Positions 38,901-49,642 of a DNA stretch of 64,000 nucleotides are shown piece after piece. Within the stretch, counting starts at the first letter, position 1; each line of letters opens with the position of its first letter. This DNA comes from Mustelus asterias (Eukaryota): assembly GCF_964213995.1 (NCBI RefSeq), contig NC_135808.1, positions 34,596,001 through 34,660,000 of the forward strand, written 5' to 3'. A program made the position numbers and the translations under genes. The notes under the pieces were generated by a model, which saw nothing but the letters and a program-made list of their open reading frames with translations, made no database searches and was not told the DNA's origin.

Positions 38901-40485
38901 TGTCTGTTTGACAGGTTGAATCCGGAGTCCACACCGCTTCACAGTGTCTGGGTGGATAAAGCTCTCAGTGCTCCCGCTATCAAACAGACAATAAATTAAG
39001 TGGTCATTTACCTGGATGTTCATCATAGATTTGTCAAGTCTATGAGGCTTGGCTTGGTCCAGGATGATCAACGCCACCGTTGGTTCATGAGCGCCACTGC
39101 AGGCAGCTGAAATTGACAAGGATGACCCCTGCTGGTCGTTCGCGGTTGGTGCCGACCAACATGGCCGCTCCCATAGGTCGCACGTGGGTGATGGCGCCAA
39201 ACTCCGTGACCCCTGGTGGTCACACATCTCCGACTCCGTCGTAATGGCGTCGTCCTGGCCTCGCACGTGGACGAAACCCTCGATGATTTCAACGATGAAG
39301 ACCCGGGCTCTGAGGAATCACAGGCCGCACTGCTGTTCCTAGGTTTAGATCGGCACAATTTTGAATAGTGCCCCTTCTTACCGCAGGCTGAGCACAACAC
39401 AGCTTTAGCGGGACACCGTTGCCGAGTATGCTTCGCTCCCCCACAGAAGTAACACTGCGGGCCGCCCGGAGCTGCTGCCGTCGTCTGGCCCGAGTGTGAG
39501 CACGCCATTACGCAGCATTTCGAACCCGAGGGACGAGGAAGGATTGGCGACTGCTCCTGCCACGTGGTCTTCCGGATACAATACGCGGTTTTTGGAGGCC
39601 GTCTCCAGCATCTCCGCTCGCTCGATTGCCTGGGTAAGGTCAAGGATACCTTTCTCTAGTAGTTTAAGTCGAATGTACGACGAACCGAATCCCGCCACAA
39701 ATGCATCTCGGGCGAGGTCATTCATACTCTGCTCAGCCGACACAGCTTTGCAGTTACAACCCCTGGCTAGCTGTAGGAGCTCATTCGCGTATTCCTCCAT
39801 CGTTTCGCCAGACTGCTGTCGTCGAGTGGCTAAGAGGTAACGAGCGTGTATTTCGTTGGGCGGTATAATATAACGCTTCTTCAGAAGCTCGAGGGCCTTT
39901 GTGTAATCGGTGGCTGCACGGATCGCGAGGTAGACAGTGTCGCTTACCCTCGTATGGAGGACCCGGAGTCTGTCATCATCTGTGGTGACCGCTGCGGAGG
40001 CTGCCAGGTAGTCTTCGAAACACTTCAGCCAGTGGTCGAAGGTGTTAGATGCGCCCACCGCACGTGGATCTAGTGTAAGGCGTTCCGGCTTCAGTATCTG
40101 CTCCATACTCTCTTTTTTTTTCTTCGACGAGAGTTTCTTTACAGTAAATAAAATTGATGCGCGTTATCACACACGAGGCTTGAGATGCTCAGGAAATGAA
40201 GGCTTTTATTTACTGTAGCAAAGCAGCTAACAATTATATACACGATCCCAGACTGAAGGGGTCCCAGCCAGAGCAGGGACCTTTATACCTCTCCCAGGAG
40301 GCGGGGCCCGACTGGGATGTACCACAATAACTATAATACAAAGGTGTAACAACCCCACCCTAACCCCAACAGCAACAAGTAACACAACCCATCCCCAACC
40401 CAACAGCAACATATGTACATACTAGTAGTACTGGCCAGACCCTGGCTCAGTACTATCCAGTGGGAACCAACGATGGTTCACCACA
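35906..40485 (-). mobile_element. Gypsy LTR retrotransposon A (Mag-like architecture), full length, defective
   Basis: TG...CA LTRs at 40155-40485 and 35906-36232; PPT 36233-36246; TSD gaaga/gaagg; gag-PR-RT-RH-IN order. Confidence 0.96.
36295..40106 (-). pseudogene. gag-pol: gag-pol of Gypsy A (frameshifts, stop, 153-bp integrase deletion)
   Basis: Two CCHC knuckles, FDSGS protease, YLDN RT, DASD RNase H, HSDRG and QVER integrase motifs. Confidence 0.93.
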
Positions 40486-40851
40486 GAAGGTCTCCTCGCT
40501 GCTGTGCCAGGTTGTGCAGGGCACAGCACATCACCACAATGTGGGAAGAGATCAGGGGACTGTGCTGTCGGGCTCCGCCAGAGCAGTCCAGGCACCAGGG
40601 TCGCATTTTGAGGAGCCCTTTGCACCTTTCCACTATCGCGTGGGTGGCTACATGGGCCTCATTATAGCGGGTCTCCCCTCAGTCACAGTCCTCTGCATAC
40701 GCATCATCAGACAAGTCCGCAGCGGGTAACCAAATGTCCCCCACGAGCCACCCCTGCAGCCTGGGCTCCTCCTCAAAGACCACCAGGATATCCGAGCTCC
40801 TCAATATAAAGCTGTCATGCACGCTGCTGGGGTGTCTGACGCAGACTCCTC

Positions 40852-41056
40852 CCACCCTGAACATGCAGATTGTCTGCGACCATCAAATGAACATCATGTA
40901 GGTCGATGCACGACACCCAGGGAGTGTCCATGACAGCTTTGTGATCCGGCAGTCGGATATCCCTGGGCTCTTTGAAGACCAGCCCAGGCTCCCGGGCTGG
41001 CTACTGGGTGACAAGGGTTACCCGCTAAGGTCATGGCTGATGATGCCTGTGCAGAG
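40852..41056 (+). pseudogene. Harbinger 3 transposase fragment
   Basis: LNMQIVCDHQ...HPGSVHDSFVIRQS...WLLGDKGYPLRSWLMMP. Confidence 0.88.
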
Positions 41057-41253
41057 TGTGGTGAACCATCGTTGGTTCCCACTAGATAGTACTGAGCCAG
41101 GGTCTGGCCAGTACTACAAGTATGTACATATGTTGCTGTTGGGTTAGGGATGGGTTGTTCTACTTTTTGCTGTTGGGGTTAGGGTGGGGTTGTTACACCT
41201 TTGTACTGTAGTGTTGTGGTACATCCCAGTCGGGCTCCGCCTCCTGGGAGAGG

Positions 41254-41335
41254 TATAAAGGTCCCTGCTCTGGCTGGGACCCCTCAGTCTGGGATCATGT
41301 ATATAATTAGTAGCTGCCTTGTTACAGCAAATAAA
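41254..41335 (+). promoter_or_regulatory. LTR promoter and poly(A) signal: TATAAA 41254-41259, Inr-like TCAGT 41284-41288, AATAAA 41330-41335
   Basis: TATA-to-Inr spacing is about 30 nt; the same layout is present in the 5' LTRs of A and C. Confidence 0.65.
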
Positions 41336-42943
41336 AGCCTTTATTTCCTGAGCATCAAGCCTCGTGTATGATAACGCGCATCAATTTTATTTGCTGTAAA
41401 TAAACTCACATCGAAGAAGAAAAGAAAAGAGAGTATGGAGCAGATACTGAAGCCTGAACGCCTTACACTAGATCCATGTGCGGTGGGCGCCTCTAACACC
41501 TTCGACCAGTGGCTGAAGTGTTTTGAGGACTACCTGGCAGCCTCTGCAGCGGTCACCACAGATGATGACAGACTCCGGGTCCTCCATACGAGGGTAAGCG
41601 ACACTGTCTACCTCGCGATCCGTGCGGCCACCGATTACACAAAGGCCCTCGAGCTTCTGAAGAAGCGTTATATCAAACCGCCCAATGAAATACACGCTCG
41701 TTACCTCTTAGCCACTCGACGACGGCAGTCCGGCGAAACGATGGAGGAATACGCGAACGAGCTCCTACAGCTAGCCAGGGGCTGTAACTGCAAAGCTGTG
41801 TCGGCTGAGCAGAGTATGAACGACCTCGCCCGAGATGCGTTTGTGGCGGGAGTCGGATCGTCGTACATTCGACTCAAACTACTGAAGAAAGGTAACCTTG
41901 ACCTTACCCAGGCAATAGAACTAGCGGAGATGCTGGAGACGGCCTCCAAAAGCCTAGTATTGTATCCTGAAGACCACGTGGAGGCAACGTGGCAGGAGCA
42001 GTCGCCAATCCCTCCTCGTCCCTCGGGTTCGAGATGCTGCGTAATGGCGTGCTCACACTCGGGCCAGACAATGGCAGCAGCTCCGGGCGGCCTGCGGTGT
42101 TACTTCTGTGGGGGAGCGAAGCATACTCGGCAACGGTGTCTCGCTAAAACTGTGTTGTGCTCCGCCTGCGGTAAGAAGGGGCACTATTTGAAAGTGTGCC
42201 GATCTAAATCTGCTTCTAGGAACAGCAGTGCGGCCTGCGATTCCTCAGAGCCCGGTTCTTCGTCGTCGAAATCGTCAAGGCTTTCGTCCACGTGCAAGGC
42301 CTGGACGACGCCATTACGGTCGACGGAGTCGGAGATGTGTGACCACCAGGGGTCACGAAGTTTGGCGCCATCACCCACGTGCGACCTATGGGAGCGGCCA
42401 TGTTGGTTGGCACCGACCGCGAACGACCAGCAGGGGTCATCCTTGTCAATTTCAGCTGCCTGCAGTGGCGCTCATGAACCAACGGTGGCGTCGATCATCC
42501 TGGACCAGGCCAAGCCTCATAGACTTGACAAGTCTATGATGGACATTCAGGCAAATGACCACTTGATTTATTGTCTGTTTGACAGCGGGAGCACTGAGAG
42601 CTTTATCCACCCAGACACTGTGAAGCGGTGTGGACTCCAGATTCAACCTGTCAAACAGACAATTTCTATGGCATCAAGGTCCCGGTCTGTCACCGTGCTA
42701 GGGAGTTGCGTGGTAACTTTAACGGTGCAAGGCACAGTTTACGAGCGTTTCAAGCTCCTAGTGTTGCCGCACCTTTGCGCGCCAATACTTCTCGGACTTA
42801 ACTTCATGGTCCACTTGAGGAGTGTAACCCTACAGTACGGTGGGCCACTCCCTTCGCTCTCAGTGGGAGAACAGCAGCCTCCAAATTGCCCAACGCCCCG
42901 CCTGTAGCCTCTCGACGCTGAAGATCACCACACCCTCCCTGTT

Positions 42944-43648
42944 GACGTGCCGGATCATCGACACAGATGCCATCATCTCACGTGAGAACACCATCCACCA
43001 GGTACATGGTACATACTCTTGCAACTCGGCCAACGTTGTCTACCTGATACGCTGCAAGAAAGGATGTCCCGAGGCATGGTACATTGGGGAAACTATGCAG
43101 ACGCTGCGACAACGGATGAATGAACACCGCTCGACAATCACCAGGCAAGACTGTTCTCTTCCTGTTGGGGAGCACTTCAGCGGTCACGGGCATTCGGCCT
43201 CTGATATTCGGGTAAGCGTTCTCCAAGGCGGCCTTCGCGACACACGACAGCGCAGAGTCGCTGAGCAGAAACTGATAGCCAAGTTCCGCACACTCGAGGA
43301 CGGCCTCAACCGGGATATTGGGTTCATGTCACACTATTTGTAACTCCCACAGTTGCGTGGACCTGCAGAGTTTCACTGGCTGTCTTGTCTGGAGACAATA
43401 CACATCTTTTTAGCCTGTCTTGATGCTCTCTCCACTCCCATTGTTTTGTTTCTTAAAGACTTGATTAGTTGTAAGTATTCGCATTCCAACCATTATTCAT
43501 GTAAATTGAGTCTGTGTCTTTATAAGCTCTGTTTGTGAACAGAATTCCCACTCACCTGAAGAAGGGGCTTAGAGCTTCGAAAGCTTGTGTGGCTTTTGCT
43601 ACCAAATAAACTTGTTGGACTTTAACCTGGTGTTGTTAAACTTCTTAC
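42944..43648 (+). mobile_element. Penelope-like 3' fragment (GIY-YIG plus pseudo-LTR) inserted in Gypsy B, no TSD
   Basis: VVYLIRCKKGCPEAWYIGET; removing it restores ccctgtt|ccagaatc. Confidence 0.93.
43553..43589 (+). ncRNA. Minimal hammerhead ribozyme
   Basis: CAC-CTGAAGA-A-GGGGC..GCTTC-GAAA-GCTT-GTG. Confidence 0.8.
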
Positions 43649-46329
43649 CCAGAATCTTGTGCCAGGCTGCAAGCCCATCGCGACTAAGAGTAGGCGTTAC
43701 AGCGCTGAGGATCGGATCTTCATTCGATCTGAAGTTCAGTGGCTCCTCAAAGAAAGGATCATACAACCCAGCGCTAGTCCGTGGAGAGCGCAGGTCGTGG
43801 TGGTCAAGAGCGGGAACAAATCGCGGATGGTCATTGACTATAGTCAGACCATTAATCGATACACGCAGCTGGATGCGTATCCCCTCCCGCGCATATCTGA
43901 TATGGTCAATCAGATTTCGCAGTACCGGGTGTTCTCCACCATAGACCTCAAGTCTGCCTACCACCAACTCCCCATTCGCCCAGAGGACCGACAATACACG
44001 GCTTTTGAGGCGGATGGTCGCTTGTATCACTTTCTCAGGGTTCCTTTTGGTGTCACCAATGGGGTCTCGGTCTTCCAGCGTGCTATGGACCGAATGGTGG
44101 ACCAGAACGGGCTGCGGGCTACCTTCCCGTACCTGGATAATGTCACCATCTGCGGCCATGACCAACAGGACCACGACACAAATCTCCTGAATTTCCTATG
44201 CACTGCATCTCGCCTGAACCTGACCTACAACAGGGAGAAGTGTGTGTTTCGTACGCGCCATTTAGCCATCCTAGGATACGTGGTGGAAAACGGGGTCATT
44301 GGCCCTGATCCAGACCGTATGCGCCCCCTTTCTGAACTTCCCCTGCCCACTAGTGCAAAAGCACTGAGAAGATGCTTAGGCTTCTTCTCTTATTATGCGC
44401 AGTGGGTTCCCAATTACGCGGACAAAGCCCGTCCGCTCATTAAGTCCACTACTTTTCCCCTAACACCAGAGGCCCGATTGGCCTTTGATAAATTAAAAGC
44501 CGACATCGCGAAAGCTACGATGCACGCTGTTGATGAGTCCATCCCCTTTCAGGTGGTGAGCGATGCATCTGATTTCGCCCTGGCCGCCACACTTAACCAG
44601 GCGGGCAGGCCCGTCGCATTTTTTTCCCGCACCCTCCAAGGCCCCGAAATTCGGCATTCAGCGCTGGAAAAGGAGGCCCAGGCCATTGTGGAGGCCGTCA
44701 GGCACTGGCGCCATTACTTGGTGGGAAAACGGTTCACCCTGATCACGGACCAGCGGTCCGTGGCGTTCATGTTTAATAACACGCAGAGGGGCAAGATCAA
44801 GAATGACAAGATCTTGCGGTGGTGAATCGAACTCTCCATCTATAACTATGACATCATGTATCGTCCAGGGAAACTCAATGAGCCCTCGGATGCCCTGTCG
44901 CGTGGAACATGCGCCAGTATACAGGAGGACCGTTTGCAGGCTCTCCATAATGACCTATGCCATCCTGGGGTCACTCGGCTCTACCACTTTATAAAAGCCC
45001 GCAATCTGCCCTACTCGGTGGAGGACGTCAGGTCCATAACAAGAAGCTGTCGGGTTTGCGCGGAATGCAAACCGCACTTTTACCGACCTGACCGGGCACA
45101 TTTAGTCAAGGCCACTCGTCCCTTCGAGAGACTGAGTGTCGATTTTAAGGGCCCCCTTCCCTCAACAGATCGGAATGTGTACTTCCTCAACATCATTGAC
45201 GAGTACTCTAGATTCCCTTTTGTTGTTCCCTGCTCTGATACATCCGCTGCCACGGTTATCAAGGCATTCCGTGATCTCTTTACCCTGTTCGGGAACCCCG
45301 GCTACATTCACAGCGACAGGGGCTCGTCGTTCATGAGTGATGACTTGAGGCAATACCTGCTCTCATACAGGATTGCCTCTAGTAGAACCACGAGCTACAA
45401 CCCTAGGGGTAACGGACAGGTGGAACGTGAGAATGCTACAGTCTGGAAGGCTGTCTGACTGGCATTGAAGTCAAAAAGCCTTCCAGTCTCCCGTTGGCAA
45501 GAGGTGCTCCCTGATGCGCTCCACTCCATACGCTCACTCCTGTGTACGGCATCCAACGCTACTCCCCATGAGAGGATGTTTTCATTCCCTCGGAAGTCTT
45601 CCTCGGGGACCTCATTACCGTCTTGGTTGACGTACTCAGGACCTGTCCTCCTGCGGCGACATGTAAGGGCCCGCAAGTCCGACCCGTTGGTCGAACAGGT
45701 CCATCTCCTCCACGCCAACCCTCAGTATGCCTATGTGGCATACCCTGACGGGCGAGAGGACACGGTCTCGATCCGAGACCTGGCGCCAGCAGGGGACGTA
45801 GCAACCCCTGTCGCTCCCATACCCCCTGTTACAAACCCCATAACTCTTGTTTCCCCTCCGGACACGGCGCGGGCAGCATCGGGACCATTGCTTAACCCTT
45901 TTACTCCCGTGTACAGCTTGCCTGAGTCCAGAGGATGGTCGCCACTTCAGGGCGTGTCGGAACTCCATGGATTACCGTCACCTCAGGGTCAACCGGCCCG
46001 TGAGTCTGTGGAGGAACAGTTGGACATCGCCTTGGGGAGAACGCCACCGCAAGTGCCTACTCCGGTGTCATCGCCGGTATTGAGGAGGTCACAACGACGG
46101 TGCGGTCCCCCTGACCGTCTGAACTTATAGACTGATGTCAAATTATTCTGTTTTTGTACCCCGCCGGCCTTTGTTTTCAAAGGAGGGGTGAATGTGGTGA
46201 ACCATCGTTGGTTCCCACTAGATAGTACTGAGCCAGGGACTGGCCATTACTACAAGTATGTATATATGTTGCTGTTGGGTTAGGGATGGGTTGTTCTACT
46301 TGTTGCTGTTGGGGTTAGGGTTGGGCTGA

Positions 46330-47703
46330 CGCCGACCAGGCTGTCAGTCTTCAGGCTATTGAATCACCCCCTGCCAGTCCCTGGCACTCTGCTCACACCC
46401 GGTCAGTTGCTGCAGCAGAGTCACACCGCCACCAGTCTGTACCCTCTCTCGCTGGTTGTGTGCGGTTTTCTCCTGTGGGAACATGAGATGGATTGCAAGC
46501 ATTAATATATTGAAGTGCATGGTGTTCAATGTGTGTCTGTGTCTCAGACCTGATGTTGGCAGTTTCAGGGAAAAGCGTCACCACTGCGCGGGTGCTAGTT
46601 GAGGGAGATGGTTAAGGGGTTGGATGCAGTTCTAGGGAGGGGATGGGGAGTGGGGGGGGGCTTTGTTGGATGCCCTTTAGGTGTCTAATCATGGCTTGAG
46701 ATCCCAAACATGTGCAGGTTTCAAAGTGGGATGCGCACTCACCCTTGCTGCCCGAAGAAGGTGGTACAGCTTCTTTACACTGATGCCCGGATCGAGGTGT
46801 CAGGCTCCTGGCATTTAATGCAGCTGCCACCTCTTCCCACAATGCCCTCGCGGTTATACCCCTTGGGTGAGGGCCCTGATTGGGGAACTGCAGCTGGCGT
46901 CTCTACTCCACTGCATCAAGCAGATGGGCCTGGTCAGCCTCGGAGAATCTCGGGATAGGTTTCTTGCCAGATATCTTTGTGGCGTGACTGGCTGTGTATC
47001 CATTCTTGCAGCTTATACACAGCTCTGGCTTGTTAGAGGAGTGCAGGTGCGGTAGGTTTGGGCCAGTCATGGGCCAGATGGTAAAAATTCCTTGTGTGAA
47101 ATTTGAAGGGAACCTGGTTTCAGTTGAGGGTCAGCCATCCCTTGGTGTGTTGATTGGCTCTCATTCAACAATATGCTGTGTCCAGGGGGTGTGAAATGCT
47201 CAAAGCTCTCATTCAACAGAGGAATGCTCGCAAGCAGAGTGTGTGCATGGCAGCACAGTGCAATTTCTGTGCAAGGCACAGTGAGGTCAGTGTGCTCATG
47301 GGGAGGAGAGGGAGGGATGGGATACCTGTGATATCCGGCTCAGTGGAGGCACAGGGAGAGAGGCCAGCGGTGTCTGTGTCGGGGAGGGGGGGGTGGGAAG
47401 AGAGGCCAGCGATGAGGCCAGCAATGTCTGTGGGGGTTTGAGGGCAGTAATCTGGATGCTGGGAGGTCTTTTCCGCGATCTCCCACTGATGTGTGCATGC
47501 GCAGGTTCCCGCTCATCCGGCCGATTTCAGCCTCTTCAGCGGGAATAGCCCCCTCAACCAAACTTTTAATGATATTCACGATTGTGACCTCTGCAGGGCA
47601 CAGAACGTGGGAGATTCTCGTGTGAACTCCCACTGAATAAACCAGCATGATTTACTCCAGTTTCCCCATGAATTCGGCACTTAGGACTTTTTGGGAGAAT
47701 TCC
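46330..47703 (-). mobile_element. Harbinger 3 distal part: Myb/SANT exon 1 (about 46740-47030) and terminus
   Basis: RFSEADQAHLLDAVE...WEEVAAALNARSLTPRSGHQCK then gtgagt; gggagaattcc end near 47703; convergent with 40852-41056. Confidence 0.7.
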
Positions 47704-47705
47704 AA

Positions 47706-49642
47706 GTTTTCCAGACCGCTCCAGCTGTGACAAATGAGGTGGTAAAGGCAGGGGGGGCTCGTAAAATGGGGCATGCAGCTCGCTAATTGCATTCAGATAA
47801 ATGCAAAAATATTTTAATTGACGTCTTGCCTGTTTTGGGCAGGCTCCCAATCGCACCAATTTTTTTCCTGTCATACAAATCAGGAAAAATAATACAATAA
47901 AACAATGCAGAGGAAGGCAGGCATTCAGTGCCGCAAGAGGATGAATGATTTCCTCCATTCTTGAAGTCACTCTTCTCATCACTCTCCACTCCCACACTCA
48001 TCACACATCCACAGGGAACTCACCCGCTGCCACACGAAGGGAAACCATTCGCTCTCCCATGCACTACATCTCCACTGCAGTTCAGCTCCTCATCGCCTCC
48101 CTGCTCCCACTCACCATCCATACATGCCAGATATCCTTATCATCTGCCCTGGCATGTGTCCTGTTTACACTCTGTCCATCTGTTCCATGCAGGACAAGTT
48201 CACAAAGTAAACGGGAGAGATCGCAGACAGGTGAAGGAATGGCTAAGTTTAAAATCCTCCTGCAGTCCAAGGAGAGAGCCCTCCATCTGGCCGGGAAGGA
48301 AGACGACCGCTCCTGTGCCATTGGCGAGGTGGGTGCCAAAAACCAAGTGAGAACCCAGAACACCATCACCCATCGCACCAAGCTAATATGAATCTTGTCT
48401 ATTCTCTCTGAACATTCCTGCCGTACACTAATGAAATCTTCTTTGCTTTGCAGGTGCATCGGGGCAGGAGCTCAGGGCCTCCACCAACCAGGCAGAAGAG
48501 TCCACCCCAGAGACCAACAAGGATGAATTCTCAGATGTGGAGGTTGAAGAGGTGTCACAGCTTTCACCCACACCCCCTACCACCACAGAGACACACATCT
48601 CGGTGATTATTAAGAGAGGCCTCAGGGTCACAATGTGGAAAGCACCTCACTCTCTCTGATCAACAGCAGACGGAGGCAGGGAATCCCAGAGTCCTGGCAT
48701 CCAGAGCACTGCTGGAGACCAGTACCTCGGGACTCGGTCATGCCTCAGTTGCTGGAGCTCCAATGGCAAAGTCGGAAACATCAGGAAGGGATATCAGCGA
48801 CACTTCTCAGATTGAAAGGCCAAATGGAAGAGTTCCAATGCCTTCTGTCTGAGGAGACGTTGCCAATGACCTGAGACAGCCAAGTCAACACTGCGAGAGT
48901 GGCAGACGCAATGGAGACCTTGGTGCCAGACTTCAGTCCTGCAGTGGTGACCATGAATTCCATGGTGCGGGATTTGAACTCCAAGGTTAAGGGTCTTGTG
49001 GATATTCACGAGTGCCAAAGCCAGAGAACAGCAGAGTTTCTTGACCTCATTGCAGCTGCCCTGTATCCTAAGTGTGAAGCCAAGAGCACTCTAGCACGCA
49101 TAGGCAATTGGTATACAGCTCAGGGCCTTCCACCCAGGAGACTCAGGGAGTGTTCAAACCATTCAACTCCATCCTTCCTGTGACCAAATCAGCTCCAGCC
49201 CCACAGGCCGAGGAGGATGACACTACCACACAGCAACAGCCTGAAAACAGGCCTGGACTCTCCAGACCCAGCCCTCTACAGGAGAGCCGTTAAGGACATC
49301 ACAGAGAACAGGGCATGGCAAACAACAGGCTACCTCCACCTCTGCTGTGGATCCTGGCGTCTTCCACCTCAACGCCACTCCTCCATCTCCTCCTCAGGTA
49401 TCTCCTTACCCTATTGAAGTGTCAGGTTATTCAGGATGCAGCAGACAGCCATGATGTGTGACACCCCTGTGTTCTATACTGCATGGCTCCACCAAACTGG
49501 TCCAGGCACCAGAACCACATCCTCAGCATCCCTGTGGTCTGATCTACCAGAGTGCAAGTTGCAGCAAGAGCCTCATTGTATCTGGTCTCAGCTGCACTCT
49601 GTGGCCTCCGCTCAGGCATCATCAACCACCTCCTCAGTGGGT
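47706..49642. mobile_element. Harbinger 4 remnant: Myb gene (+, about 47920-49370) and transposase piece (-, 49431-49640)
   Basis: QCRKRMNDF; RERSQTGEG...ERALHLAG; ETRYNEALAAT...GMLRMWFWCLD. Confidence 0.75.

Larger units (their letters stand above)
35730..40850 (-). pseudogene. Harbinger 2 transposase C-terminal half (35730-35905 plus 40486-40850), split by Gypsy A
   Basis: HPSSVHDSFILRSSD...WLVGD; RTRHARVAREALI; collinear with 6716-7195 once A is removed. Confidence 0.85.
41435..46130 (+). pseudogene. gag-pol: gag-pol of Gypsy B
   Basis: ORFs 41435..42907, 43659..44825, 44856..45458 and 45465..46130; HHCC and D,D,E integrase motifs. Confidence 0.94.
41057..46325 (+). mobile_element. Gypsy LTR retrotransposon B (same subfamily as A), 3' LTR truncated, Penelope insertion
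   Basis: 5' LTR 41057-41383; PPT aaaggaggggtgaa; partial 3' LTR 46193 to about 46325. Confidence 0.96.

Noticed and set aside
40155-41383. Inversion between A and B as the explanation for LTR discordance
   Set aside because: B's 3' LTR is not of the A-5' type, and A's flanks and TSD rejoin without an inversion.
42880-42910. Programmed frameshift between protease and RT in A and B
   Set aside because: A and B are 7 and 2 nt shorter than C (different frames) and C reads through in frame, so these are decay lesions.
42840-43343. In-frame Gypsy pol / GIY-YIG fusion ORF
   Set aside because: It is a chance frame match at a Penelope insertion and is absent from A and C.
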